Shown: positions 10,451-20,530 of the stretch, one piece after another
Layout of the letters: each line of letters begins with the position of its first letter
Position numbering within the stretch: position 1 is the stretch's first letter
NCBI GenBank assembly: GCA_030693205.1
Contig: JAUYBG010000006.1
Location: forward strand, 4,015 to 68,014
Length of the DNA stretch: 64,000 nt
Origin: a bacterium
GTDB taxonomy: Bacteria > Patescibacteriota > Minisyncoccia > JAHIHE01
Direction of reading: 5' to 3'
Notes under the pieces: model-generated
The model's input: the letters and a program-made list of their open reading frames with translations, nothing else
What the model was told of the DNA's origin: nothing
Databases searched by the model: none
Program-made: the position numbers and the translations under genes

Positions 10451-11245
10451 TTAATTTAATAAAATAAAAACTTTTTCTATTTTTTTCATATCGGCTAATG
10501 GAGAAAGAATGACCTTTTGGAATGTTTTGTTCGGATATTTTTCAACTGAAACAATTTTTGCCAGTGGAAATGCGGCAATACTGCCGCTGACCGGCAAAGT
10601 AACCAAAATATCATCCGCGTTGACTTCGGCATCCTGCAAAACCATATCGAAATACAACCCGATATTTTGATCATTTTTTACCAAACCTTGAACCCGAGTA
10701 TTTTGATCGATCGCGCTAATAACGCTTCGCCTATCGGTAAACAAAAGAACCCCGGCGGTATTTGCCGAAACATTGATTATCCTGCCGATATAAAAACCGT
10801 TTTGATCGATTACCGCCATATCCTTGCCAATCCCCGCTTCACTGCCCAAATTTATCAGTAAATAATCTGAAAAATTATAAGGATCTTTTCCAATAATCGT
10901 ACCGTCAACAAAAGAATGCTCTTTAATTAAAGGGAGACTAAGAATATTTCTTAACGTTTTATTTTCATTATTTACTTCCTTCAGATCAGAAATTTGCTTA
11001 CGCAGCTTATTATTTTCATCCATTAACAGAACTTTATCGTCGTATGCATTTCTTATTTCAAAGATCAAACGCAAAGAATCTTTTACGGAAAAATTTATTT
11101 TTGAAATAATAATTTCGGGATAATAAAAAAAATAGGAAAGTTTATTTTTAAATGCCTCCAAATAATTTTTATTGTTTAAAAAAATAATTATCACAATAAA
11201 AAAAATAGCGGCAAAAAATTTGATATTACGTTTAATCGGCCTCAT
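10451..11245 (-). CDS. mreC: Rod shape-determining protein MreC
   Basis: TM, coiled coil (ENKTLRNIL), INLGSEAGI..DMAV; synteny. Confidence 0.9.
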   Translation of the reverse strand: MRPIKRNIKFFAAIFFIVIIIFLNNKNYLEAFKNKLSYFFYYPEIIISKINFSVKDSLRLIFEIRNAYDDKVLLMDENNKLRKQISDLKEVNNENKTLRNILSLPLIKEHSFVDGTIIGKDPYNFSDYLLINLGSEAGIGKDMAVIDQNGFYIGRIINVSANTAGVLLFTDRRSVISAIDQNTRVQGLVKNDQNIGLYFDMVLQDAEVNADDILVTLPVSGSIAAFPLAKIVSVEKYPNKTFQKVILSPLADMKKIEKVFILLN

Positions 11246-11277
11246 TTTACATTATCTGTTAAAACAATGGCTTAATT

Positions 11278-12330
11278 CTACGTTGGCACTTTTTCATCTT
11301 CAATTGAAACCAGAACCTCTCGCAAAGTATCGATGTTTTCAATAATAATACCGGTTCCCCTTACAACTGCGGTTAGGGGATCGTCGGCTATCCGCACCGG
11401 CATCTGAATTTCCTGATTAATTAATTTATCAATGCCTCTTAAAAGGCTTCCTCCTCCGACCAGAATAATACCTTGCCCCATGATATCCGCCACCAGCTCC
11501 GGCGGGGTTTCTTCGATCGTATTTTTAATATTTGAAACGATTATTCGCACGGAACGATTGATCGCTTTTCTTATCTGCTCATCGCTCACAATAACTTCTT
11601 TTGGCAATCCGGTAACCAGATCGCGCCCCCTGATCGGAACCTTGATAGTTTCCCCAAGCGGCCAAGCGGAACCGGATAAAATTTTAATTTCTTCCGCGGT
11701 TTTTTCACCAACCAAAAGATTAAATTCGTCCCGCGCATATTGAACGATATCATCATTCATTTCATCTCCCGCTACCCTTAAACTCCTGGAGGTCACGATG
11801 CCGCCCAAAGAAATGACCGCAATCTCGGTAGTTCCGCCCCCCATATCAACGATCATATTTCCAATCGCCTCTTGTACGGGAAGCTTAACTCCGATCGCCG
11901 AAGCCATCGGCTCTTCAACTAAAAAAACTTCTTTGGCGCCCGCCGAAAGCGCTGCGTCTCGCACCGCTTTTTTTTCAACCTGAGTTACTCCGCAAGGAAT
12001 TCCAATTACGACCGTGGGACGCGAAATAAAAGAAAAAAATTTTTCTGACGCCTTGTCGATAAAATATTTCAACATTTGCTCCGTAACTTCGAAATCGGAA
12101 ATCACGCCATCTTTAAGAGGCCTGATCGCGGTAATATATCCGGGAGTCCGCCCGACCATTATTTTTGCCTCACTCCCGACAGCCAATACTTGATTGGTTT
12201 TTTTATTTATCGCGACAACCGATGGTTCATTGATAACAATTCCTTTGCCGCGGACATAAACCAAAGTATTGGCCGTACCCAAATCTATGCCAATATCTCG
12301 CGAAAAAAATTTAAAAAAATCTTTGAACAT
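11278..12330 (-). CDS. mreB: Rod shape-determining protein MreB
   Basis: IGIDLGTANTLV, RPLKDGVI, DMGGGTT, GGGSLL. Confidence 0.97.
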   Translation of the reverse strand: MFKDFFKFFSRDIGIDLGTANTLVYVRGKGIVINEPSVVAINKKTNQVLAVGSEAKIMVGRTPGYITAIRPLKDGVISDFEVTEQMLKYFIDKASEKFFSFISRPTVVIGIPCGVTQVEKKAVRDAALSAGAKEVFLVEEPMASAIGVKLPVQEAIGNMIVDMGGGTTEIAVISLGGIVTSRSLRVAGDEMNDDIVQYARDEFNLLVGEKTAEEIKILSGSAWPLGETIKVPIRGRDLVTGLPKEVIVSDEQIRKAINRSVRIIVSNIKNTIEETPPELVADIMGQGIILVGGGSLLRGIDKLINQEIQMPVRIADDPLTAVVRGTGIIIENIDTLREVLVSIEDEKVPT

Positions 12331-12336
12331 ATCAGA

Positions 12337-12429
12337 ATGATTTATGAATTATGATTTAAGATTTATGAATTTAACGCTGATTTATTCTTAAATCATAAAT
12401 CGTATATCGTATATCGTATATCTTAAATC
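12337..12429. repeat. 7-bp-period inverted-arm element, copy 2 (between proS and mreB)
   Basis: atgatttatgaattatgatttaagatttatgaat...ttaaatcataaatcgtatatcgtatatcgtatatcttaaatc. Confidence 0.85.
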
Positions 12430-12441
12430 TTTGCCTAAATA

Positions 12442-13683
12442 TCATTTATCTATCAATTTGACTGCTTCTTCCAAACTCATTAATTTCACTTCTTCTCTGC
12501 CTCTTTCTTTTACTTCAATCTTACCCTTATTTCTCTCGCTTACCACCAATCTAAGCGGAATTCCAATGAGATCGCTGTCTTTAAATTTCATTCCCGCCGA
12601 TAAATTTCGGTCATCAAATAATACCTCAATATCGGCTTTTTGTAAAGACGCGTAAATATTTTCCGCTTCTTTCTTTGCGTTTTTATCATCCGGGTTGATC
12701 AGGATAAGATGCACGCGGAAAGGCGCAATGCTAGAGGGCCAGATAATGCCATTTTTGTCATTGCATACTTCAACCACCGTTCCCATCAAGCGATCAAGTC
12801 CAATGCCATAGCAACCCATAATAACAGTCTTTTCTTTTCCATCCTGATCTTTAAAACGCAAATTGAACGGCGCGCTATATTTCGTGTTCAGCTTAAAAAT
12901 ATTTCCCACCTCGATCGCTTTTTTAATTTCAAATTCCTCGCTTTGGCATTCCGGACAAACCGGGTTTATGTCAGCCAATATTTCTTTGTTGATCGACAAG
13001 TGGCATTTTTTGCAGATATAAATAACATCTTCCCCGGCTTCCGTAATTGTCTGAAATTCATGCGAGTATTTCGAAAAAGTTCCGCCGCTTGCCAAGGTCA
13101 AATAAGTTTTTCCCTTAATTCCGACTCTCTCAAAAATTTTCCAATATGTATCTTTTATTTTTTCATAAAATTCATTCAAATCTTTTTCATCCGCGTGAAA
13201 TGAATACATATCCTTCATCAAAAACTGCCGGCCCCGCAAAATTCCGCTCTTTGCCCGTTTTTCATTGCGAAACTTGGCCTGAATCTGATAAACCGACACA
13301 GGCAGATCTTTGTAAGAAGAAATGGACTTTCCAAGCAAGGGCACAACCACTTCTTCATGAGTGGCTCCGAGAGCGTATTCTTTGCTGTCATCGCCCTTAA
13401 GCTTAAACAAAACATCCAGCTCGTCCCAGCGGCCGGTTATCTGCCAATTCGCTTTTGGCTGAAGCGCCGGCATCAAGATCTCCTGCCCGCCTACCGCGTT
13501 CATTTCCTCGCGAATTATATTTCCAATCTTATTTATAACTCGAAGCCCCAGAGGCAAGTGCATATATATGCCGGCGGCCAGCTTGTCAATAAAACCCGCT
13601 CTCGTCAAAAGCCGCGCGTTCAGGCTTTTTTCCTCGGCTGAAATATTTTTAGTTGTTTTGGTAAATAATTGTGATTGGCGCAT
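12442..13683 (-). CDS. proS: Proline--tRNA ligase (short form, no INS editing domain)
   Basis: MRQSQLF, LGATHEE, KFRNEKRAKSGILRGRQF, EVGNIFKL, MGCYGIG. Confidence 0.95.
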   Translation of the reverse strand: MRQSQLFTKTTKNISAEEKSLNARLLTRAGFIDKLAAGIYMHLPLGLRVINKIGNIIREEMNAVGGQEILMPALQPKANWQITGRWDELDVLFKLKGDDSKEYALGATHEEVVVPLLGKSISSYKDLPVSVYQIQAKFRNEKRAKSGILRGRQFLMKDMYSFHADEKDLNEFYEKIKDTYWKIFERVGIKGKTYLTLASGGTFSKYSHEFQTITEAGEDVIYICKKCHLSINKEILADINPVCPECQSEEFEIKKAIEVGNIFKLNTKYSAPFNLRFKDQDGKEKTVIMGCYGIGLDRLMGTVVEVCNDKNGIIWPSSIAPFRVHLILINPDDKNAKKEAENIYASLQKADIEVLFDDRNLSAGMKFKDSDLIGIPLRLVVSERNKGKIEVKERGREEVKLMSLEEAVKLIDK

Positions 13684-13705
13684 AAAATAATGCTAATTTA
13701 AAAAA

Positions 13706-14824
13706 TTATAAAAAACTGCTGATTTTTTGCCAAATATGATAAGTTCCAAAATCTTTATATGTCACCAGCGCCATCAATAAGAGCAAAATGGCCATCCCCG
13801 CAAAATGAAACTTTCCTTCCGTTTCGGCGCTGACCCGGCTGCCTTTGATTTTTTCGATCAAGAGAAATAATATTCTTCCGCCGTCAAGAGCCGGAAATGG
13901 CAAGGCGTTGATAATGGCCAAATTTACCGACAAAAGGCCCATAAATTGCAAAACATAAGAAAGACCAAGCTGTGTCGCCTGCCCGACCATAACCGCTATT
14001 CCGACAAGACCGGATAACTGACCTGAAGTTTTTCCCGTCGTAAATAATTCTTTAAGAAGAGTAAACAAGGTAATGATTATGTAAGTTCCGACATCCCAAG
14101 TTTTTTTAATTCCCTGCCAGATGGATTCATACCAATTATACGAGACGATGCTTACCTCGCCCAGCGAAACCCCCACCGCGCCTTGATCCGCTGGAGCATC
14201 TTTCCGCGCCATCGCTTTTAATTCAAGATTATTATCTCCGCGCTTAATATTAAAAATTATGTTTCCCCCAAGATTATCATTGATAAATCCCTGGACTTCC
14301 GCGATATTTTTGGGTTCAACCGTTTTATTGTTCTCTGCGGTTTTCAGCGACAAGATCATGTCTCCCGGATTGATTCCGGCGACTTGTGCCGGCGAGCCGG
14401 CAACTACTTCCATGATCATCACGGATAATCCTTTTACATTATTGGCTGTTCCTGTTTCGTGAATATACGGGAAACCCATATAAGCGACCATGCTAAAAAG
14501 AATAATTGCCAAAAGAATATTGGCTGTTACTCCCGCAGCTAATATCTGAAATCTCTGCCAAATGGTTTTTGAGGCAAAACTTCTGTTGTCATCTTTGCCA
14601 TCGCCGTTTTCACCGACAATATTCACAAAACCCCCGACAGGAATCAAATTTATTGAATATATTGTTTCTCCTTTTTTAACGCCAAAAATCCTCGGCGGAA
14701 AACCAAAGCCAAATTCTTTCACCTTTGCTCCAGCTCTTTTGGCCATGATAAAATGGCCAAGTTCATGAAAGAAAACTAAAATTCCCAAAGTAATTACAAA
14801 AACCAATATAGTTACAATTGTCAT
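13706..14824 (-). CDS. rseP: RIP metalloprotease RseP (M50 family with PDZ)
   Basis: HELGH, NLIPVGGFV, NALPFPALDGG. Confidence 0.95.
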   Translation of the reverse strand: MTIVTILVFVITLGILVFFHELGHFIMAKRAGAKVKEFGFGFPPRIFGVKKGETIYSINLIPVGGFVNIVGENGDGKDDNRSFASKTIWQRFQILAAGVTANILLAIILFSMVAYMGFPYIHETGTANNVKGLSVMIMEVVAGSPAQVAGINPGDMILSLKTAENNKTVEPKNIAEVQGFINDNLGGNIIFNIKRGDNNLELKAMARKDAPADQGAVGVSLGEVSIVSYNWYESIWQGIKKTWDVGTYIIITLFTLLKELFTTGKTSGQLSGLVGIAVMVGQATQLGLSYVLQFMGLLSVNLAIINALPFPALDGGRILFLLIEKIKGSRVSAETEGKFHFAGMAILLLLMALVTYKDFGTYHIWQKISSFL

Positions 14825-14853
14825 AAAATAAAATTAAATATTTATCGTTTTTT

Positions 14854-15408
14854 TTATATCGTCATTATCTGTTTTTCCTTCTTCTCGACGATATCCGCGA
14901 TTTGTTCATTGCAACCATCAACCGCTTTTTGAATCTCTTTATCCAGGCGGAATTTTTCATCCTCGCCGATCTCTTTGTTTTTTTCCTGAGTTTTTACGAT
15001 ATCCCTCTGCCCTTCCCTGAAAATTCTTACGGAAACTTTTGCTTTTTCCGCGCGCTGATGCATTGATTTTACCGTTTTTATTCTTTCTTCCTCATTAAGC
15101 GGAGGAAAAACCAACTTTAGAGTCACGCCATCGCTTACCGGATTTACTCCCAGGTTAGCCGCGGAAATTGCCGCCACTACGTCTTTCATATTTTCCTTAA
15201 CCCAAGGCTCAACGATGATCAGCCTGGCATCAGGAACCGTGATATTAGCGGCTTGCTTCAGGGGAACTTTTGTGCCATAATAATCAACTAAAATGTTTTC
15301 AACCAAAATCGCGGAAACATGCCCGGTTCTCATTGCCTTTACATCTTCATTGAATTTGCTTACGATCTTGCCTAACTCGCTTTTTACTTCGTTGATATTT
15401 ATACTCAT
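14854..15408 (-). CDS. frr: Ribosome recycling factor
   Basis: MRTG...VDYYG, LGVNP..DG, PPLNEEER. Confidence 0.95.
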   Translation of the reverse strand: MSININEVKSELGKIVSKFNEDVKAMRTGHVSAILVENILVDYYGTKVPLKQAANITVPDARLIIVEPWVKENMKDVVAAISAANLGVNPVSDGVTLKLVFPPLNEEERIKTVKSMHQRAEKAKVSVRIFREGQRDIVKTQEKNKEIGEDEKFRLDKEIQKAVDGCNEQIADIVEKKEKQIMTI

Positions 15409-15425
15409 TTTATTATTATAAAAAA

Positions 15426-16541
15426 TTAAAACATCTTTTTTTTCGCCGGAGGAGGAACCGTGCCGGCATAAATAACTTTTGAATTATTGGGATCGATCGT
15501 CAGCGCGGTGATAACTCTTATTGTAGGCAAATTGCGCACCAGCCAATTTGACTCCGCTCCGTTGTTCGTAAAATAAACCTGCGAATCGATCGTGTAATAA
15601 ATGCTTTTTGAATCTTTCTGGCTGACAACCAAAGAATTCATCGGTAAGATCGCTGACGGAGTAATGATATTAACTGTCGACCATTTTATGCCTCCGTCGC
15701 TGGATTTCAACATACCGTTCAAAAAACCAATATAGATTATGTTTGGATCTGCCGGATCCACCGCGATCACATTTATAGCGTTGTTATAAGCCGGTATCTT
15801 GGTTAAATTATCCTTGAGAGACTCCCAGTCGTTGCCTTTATTAACAGACTTGAACAAGCCCTCCGACACACTGGTGGCGTAAAGTATCCTGGTGTCTTTC
15901 GGACTAATTACGAAATTATTGATTATTGCCGTCAAGCGATTTAGCACTGTCCAGCTTCGCCCGTAATTGGCGCTCTGAAAAATTTGCCCCTTGGTGGTAG
16001 TGATATATACGATGCTGGTATCATAAGAATCGATTTCGATCCTATTCACTAATTCTCCGGCGGTTAACGTCACGTATACTTCCTGCCAAGTCAATCCTTC
16101 ATCCTCGCTTTTCATAATCCTTCCTTTGCCATAGTCGCTTACTCCGGCCAAATACATATTTTTTATATTCTTATGATCAATGGCAACATAGTAAACCGCG
16201 GCTTGAAGAGAAAGGCCTGTTCCATTATACGAATCCCAGCTCTCGCCGGCATCTTTTGTCTGATACAAACCATTGGCCGCACTGCCGGCATAAATAATAT
16301 TGCTATCATTCGGATTAATAGCGAAGCTTAAAAAATTTATTTCAGACAGGTCCGTTTTTACCTTGGCGTCTGCCGGAAGAATCAATTGCAATTTCCTTTC
16401 CCAGGTCAGACCCCCGTCGATAGATTTAAAAACCCCCGCATCTTTTGGCACGGCGCTGGACGAACACCCCGGAAATGCGGCTCCAAAAAATAAAAACGCG
16501 GCAATGGCTAAAAATATAAATTGCTTTTTATTTTTTATCAT
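15426..16541 (-). CDS. BNR/Asp-box (YCF48-like) beta-propeller lipoprotein
   Basis: Signal with a lipobox-like FPGC; repeated SxDGGxxW Asp-boxes. Confidence 0.8.
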   Translation of the reverse strand: MIKNKKQFIFLAIAAFLFFGAAFPGCSSSAVPKDAGVFKSIDGGLTWERKLQLILPADAKVKTDLSEINFLSFAINPNDSNIIYAGSAANGLYQTKDAGESWDSYNGTGLSLQAAVYYVAIDHKNIKNMYLAGVSDYGKGRIMKSEDEGLTWQEVYVTLTAGELVNRIEIDSYDTSIVYITTTKGQIFQSANYGRSWTVLNRLTAIINNFVISPKDTRILYATSVSEGLFKSVNKGNDWESLKDNLTKIPAYNNAINVIAVDPADPNIIYIGFLNGMLKSSDGGIKWSTVNIITPSAILPMNSLVVSQKDSKSIYYTIDSQVYFTNNGAESNWLVRNLPTIRVITALTIDPNNSKVIYAGTVPPPAKKKMF

Positions 16542-17530
16542 ATTTCTAAAGCTAAAATTTCAAGCGCCAGGCGCTTGTTAATATTAGAGCTATTAATTAA
16601 ATTTAATATTATAACTAAATTATTAATAAAATCCACCGTTTTTTTTAGTCCGCCTTCGGTTTGCATCGCGCCGTTCGCAACGCCTCCCGATAAATATTTC
16701 TCTAAAATTTTTTTCCTCAAGCATAACAGCCAAAACCTCAAAACATCGCTGATATTTTCCCCTTTCTCTTCATTCTTGGATAAATTTTCCAGAAAAATTA
16801 TTTTTTCCGATAAGTTCGATGCAAAAAAATTCCAAAAAATTTCTTCTTTCTTGTAATGATCCTCGATCTTTTGCTCGTTTTTTAAAAACTCTATCGCCAG
16901 TCCGGGTTTGCCGGAAGAAATTGCGCTGATAGTTTTTGCTTTTTGCACCGGCGCTTTGCGGCTAACAAGAAAATTTTCAATTGTTTCGTCTTTCAAAGGC
17001 CAAAAACGGATTACCTGAGTCCGGGAAATCAAGGTTTTTAGCAAAAATTTGCTGTCGTCCGCGACAAGAATAATAATAGAATTGCCTTTTGGCTCCTCAA
17101 GCGTTTTCAAAAAAGCATTTACCGCTTCAACTGTAAACTTATGCGCTTCGTTGATGATCGCGATCTTGTATTTTGAATTATAGGGAAAAAGGCTTAAATG
17201 ATGCTCGAGTACCCTGATCTCATCGATCGAAATTGATTTTTTTTCTTCCCCGTCCTTGTCTAATATCTTATTTTTTGACGAATTTATGAACAAAACATCC
17301 GGATCGGTCTCATTTTCAATTGTCAGGCATCTGGGACATACGCCGCAAGCATTCCCAAATGTGCCGTTTTGGCAAGACAGATTTTTTGCAAATTCTTTAG
17401 CCAGCAAAAATTTTCCTAAATTTTCCACGCCAATGAATAAATAGCTATGCGCGATCTTTTTATTTCTAAGCGCCGCTGACAAAAGTTTTTTGGCGTTCTC
17501 GTGCCCGGCAACATTTAAAAAACTGTCCAT
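16538..17530 (-). CDS. holB: DNA polymerase III subunit delta'
   Basis: HSYLFIG, Zn motif C..CGVCPRC, NAFLKTLEEP, TLISR. Confidence 0.93.
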   Translation of the reverse strand: MDSFLNVAGHENAKKLLSAALRNKKIAHSYLFIGVENLGKFLLAKEFAKNLSCQNGTFGNACGVCPRCLTIENETDPDVLFINSSKNKILDKDGEEKKSISIDEIRVLEHHLSLFPYNSKYKIAIINEAHKFTVEAVNAFLKTLEEPKGNSIIILVADDSKFLLKTLISRTQVIRFWPLKDETIENFLVSRKAPVQKAKTISAISSGKPGLAIEFLKNEQKIEDHYKKEEIFWNFFASNLSEKIIFLENLSKNEEKGENISDVLRFWLLCLRKKILEKYLSGGVANGAMQTEGGLKKTVDFINNLVIILNLINSSNINKRLALEILALEI

Positions 17531-17590
17531 ATTGCATTATATAACCCTTAATATAGTTATGATAACACAACAAAAGACCGTTAGCAAGAA

Positions 17591-18730
17591 CTAAAAATCG
17601 CTTTTTTCTTGACCGATTATCTTCCGGACATAATCTTTAATTTCGGTTTCAAACCTTTCCCGCGAAAATTTTTCCGCATGGCGGACGATTATTTCCCGGT
17701 TATATTTTTTTTCATTTTCAACAAACCGAACGACTGCTTCGGCGATGAGCGGCGCCACCGAATGATCAAAAAAATCTCCGGTCACGCCCTCAATAATTGT
17801 TTCTTTAGCGCCTCCTTTTCGGAGCGCGATAACCGGCGTACCTTCGCTCATTGCTTCAACAGGCGCAATTCCAAAATCATCCTCTCCGGGAAAAATCAAC
17901 GCCCGGGCATTTTGATAATAACCCGGCAACTCATCCCTTTTGACAAAACCCAAAAATTTTATATTCTTTCCGGCAATGCTTTCCAAATACTCTTTCTGTT
18001 CTCCGTCTCCGATAATATACAGCGGCCAATCCAGCTTATTAAAAGCCTCAATCGCGTTATCGATCTTTTTATACGCGCTTAATCTTGAAACTATCAAAAA
18101 ATACGTGTCCTTCGAAGCTTTAGCGAAGGAGGAATCTTCGGATTTTAATGCTCTGAATTTATGCGTATCAACAGGCGGATAGATCACATCGGATTTCGCT
18201 CGATAAAACTTTGCGATCCTTTTTTGCGTTGCCAGAGAATTGGCAATAAAATAATCAACCCTGTCAGCCACTGATTTATCCCACATTCTTAAATAATGCA
18301 AGATCGGTATGACAAATAATTTTTTAATTGCCCCCAATTCGTTTTCCCTTAAATATTCAAAATACCAATCCCATAAAAATCTGGTTGGCGTATGGCAATA
18401 AGAAATATGGATCGTCTTGGGCTTGACAATTATCCCTTTGGCAAAAGAAGAAGACGATGAGATCACCAGATCAAAATCTTTCAGATCGATGGTTTCCGGC
18501 GCAATGCCCGCCAATGGCAAGATATATTTTTTATGCCGGCGCAAAAAATTCGGAAATTTTTGCAAAAATGAAGCTTTGATCTTCGCGTCGGGAAAATATT
18601 CCTTGACGATTTTTTCATCGTAAAGCAATGTATAAATCGGCGCGTCGGGCCAAATGCGATGAAAAGAAAGCAATACTTGCTCGGCGCCTCCCCAGTAAGT
18701 TAGAAAATCATGGACAATTGCTATTTTCAT
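17591..18730 (-). CDS. GT4 family glycosyltransferase
   Basis: KIAIVHDFL..WGGAE, YCHTPTRFLW, EDDFGIAPVEAM. Confidence 0.92.
   Translation of the reverse strand: MKIAIVHDFLTYWGGAEQVLLSFHRIWPDAPIYTLLYDEKIVKEYFPDAKIKASFLQKFPNFLRRHKKYILPLAGIAPETIDLKDFDLVISSSSSFAKGIIVKPKTIHISYCHTPTRFLWDWYFEYLRENELGAIKKLFVIPILHYLRMWDKSVADRVDYFIANSLATQKRIAKFYRAKSDVIYPPVDTHKFRALKSEDSSFAKASKDTYFLIVSRLSAYKKIDNAIEAFNKLDWPLYIIGDGEQKEYLESIAGKNIKFLGFVKRDELPGYYQNARALIFPGEDDFGIAPVEAMSEGTPVIALRKGGAKETIIEGVTGDFFDHSVAPLIAEAVVRFVENEKKYNREIIVRHAEKFSRERFETEIKDYVRKIIGQEKSDF
18107..18132. repeat. Short REP-like palindrome inserted in frame in the GT4 gene
   Basis: gtccttcgaagctttagcgaaggagga; encodes SSFAKASKD in the interdomain linker. 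Confidence 0.6.
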
Positions 18731-18807
18731 AGATGAATTTATATGATATTATCTTTATTTATAGCATACTTTGGGAATAAAAAAAAGAGGAAATGTCAAT
18801 TTTCCCC

Positions 18808-19209
18808 TTACTCCAAAATTTTCCTGATCTCTTTGCTTGTGTGAGCAATTTTTATTTTTGTCCAGATATTGTATTTTGAGATATTGAAAGCAAGCAATGT
18901 GTCGGGATTTATTTCTCCAATAATTATATCCGAGATTTTTCCTTCAATAATCACACCTTCATGCATCTCATTGATCTGCTCATTGTAGAGAGATATGCTT
19001 ATTGAAAATAATTTTGCGATACGATCCGCTATTGAAAAAATAATTCTGGGTTCTGGCTCAAGTATGCTTTTTGCCTCCGTTGAAACAATCGGCAAGCCAG
19101 TACGATATAGCACTATTACCCACCCCGCTCCCAGGTCTTTTTTAAGCAAGATTATTTTTTCTTGAATTTCTTTGATTCTATCAACCGCTAATTTTTCTCT
19201 ATCTTTCAC
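18808..19209 (-). CDS. Roadblock/LC7 (MglB-like) domain protein
   Basis: Helix, then V.VL.R.GLPI.S, a long helix, VIIEG..S.III..I...LL.F and a C-terminal helix: the Roadblock pattern. Confidence 0.6.
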   Translation of the reverse strand: MKDREKLAVDRIKEIQEKIILLKKDLGAGWVIVLYRTGLPIVSTEAKSILEPEPRIIFSIADRIAKLFSISISLYNEQINEMHEGVIIEGKISDIIIGEINPDTLLAFNISKYNIWTKIKIAHTSKEIRKILE

Positions 19210-19327
19210 TTTTTCACCTTCCTTTAAAGAGCTAAGTCAATATTAAGGTATTTAAAAATTTTGTCAATATATATTAAACTAATTTAAAAAATACAATTTT
19301 TATATACCACTATAATTCTATATAGAA

Positions 19328-19618
19328 TCAGATTCTATTTCCGCCGCCAATTCCGCCAAAACTCCTTCCGGTGTCGACGCAATCGGTTTCGCGCATTTTT
19401 CCATCAGAAGCAATCAATTTCAACTGTCGACAAATTGTCGATGGTTCAAATCCATCTTCTTCTTTAACTCTAATTTTCATTTTAAACCAATAATCATTTG
19501 GATCTACGCTGTCAGTCAATGCCTGAACAACATCTATGACCGAAAACCACCATTCATTATTATAGATTATTTTTCTAATTTTCTTACCTTTAAACAAAGC
19601 AATTTTTACAGTTTCCAT
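19328..19618 (-). pseudogene. Truncated BRO-N domain protein
   Basis: IRK...EWWFSVIDVV.AL...YW..MK...CRQLKL.ASDGKMRETDC. Homology ends at VDT, where it joins the 25-bp repeat. Confidence 0.8.
19348..19372. repeat. 25-bp direct repeat, left island boundary (second copy 29145-29169)
   Basis: caattccgccaaaactccttccggt is identical at both positions and encodes PEGVLAEL of the 29115-29519 gene. Confidence 0.9.
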
Positions 19619-19635
19619 AATATTTATCTTATCCC

Positions 19636-19720
19636 TTGATTAAATCTTTGGAAAATTTTGCGGCGGGATTTTTAATATGAATTGATTTTTAGGATTTTTT
19701 GAATTTCGAGAACAGTTCTC
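19636..19720. repeat. 85-bp diverged direct repeat, copy A (copy B 20531-20615)
   Basis: Ungapped manual alignment gives 14 mismatches in 85 bp; the two copies flank the RhuM-Fic gene. Confidence 0.85.
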
Positions 19721-19729
19721 GGCAGGATT

Positions 19730-20429
19730 TCATTTTAAAAGCTGAGTTACTAGCGCCACCATCTGATCTTTTTCTTTCGGCTTGCTTTCGGCGATAAGAA
19801 TCGCCAAGGCCGTTAAAGCGTTGTCGTTGATTTTTCTTTCTCCGTTTTCCCGATACAAATAATCGTTTTTATCCAAAAAATAAACAAACATAAAAGAGCC
19901 GATGCGCTTGTTGCCATCGGAAAACGGATGGTCTTTCACGGTTAAATACAAAAGATGCGCCGCTTTTTCTTCGGTGCTGAAAATCAATCGCGCTCTGTAA
20001 TTCTTTGAATTTGCTTTTAGCTTCCAAAAGTCGTTTTTCATTTACAGCATAACCCTTAATCAAATAATCTTTAACTATCTTAGTCGCCCAAATTCTGAAT
20101 TGAGTAGCTCTTTCCGAATTTATGCGATAACCGACGGAAATAATTGCATCAAGATTATAAAACTGGGTTTTATAGATTTTTCCATCGGCGGCAGTATGTT
20201 CCAAAATGGAACTAACTGAATTTTTATTTAGCTCGGCAGTTTTAAAGATATTGCGGAGATGCTTGGTAATTGCCGGCCTTTGCGTGCCAAAAAGCAAAGC
20301 AATTTGAGATTGCGTTAACCAAATAGTTTCATTATCAAGTTTTACTTCAATTTGAATATCGCCGCCTTTGGGCTTATAGATGACAATTCCGCCTCTGTTG
20401 AATTGTTCGAGTTTTTTCTTTTTTAGCAT
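19730..20429 (-). pseudogene. RhuM-like + Fic/Doc gene with an internal frameshifting deletion
   Basis: RhuM N-part (IWLTQ..IA.LF, YNLDAIISVGYRINS) ends at AIDF. The Fic C-part (EEKAAHLLY...HPFSDGNKRIG) starts at once in another frame near 19980, with the usual middle region absent. Confidence 0.8.
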
Positions 20430-20530
20430 AGTTTTTATGACTCGCATTATCTTCCGTCTAATCTCTCTTCAATTTAAAATTTAATTCTCGCGAAAGATTC
20501 GCTTGAAAATTATCTCCGGCGATTTTGGGT

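Noticed and set aside
19730-20447. Programmed ribosomal frameshift joining RhuM and Fic
   Set aside because: No slippery heptamer at the junction, and the joined product would lack the middle of the Fic domain; a deletion is simpler.
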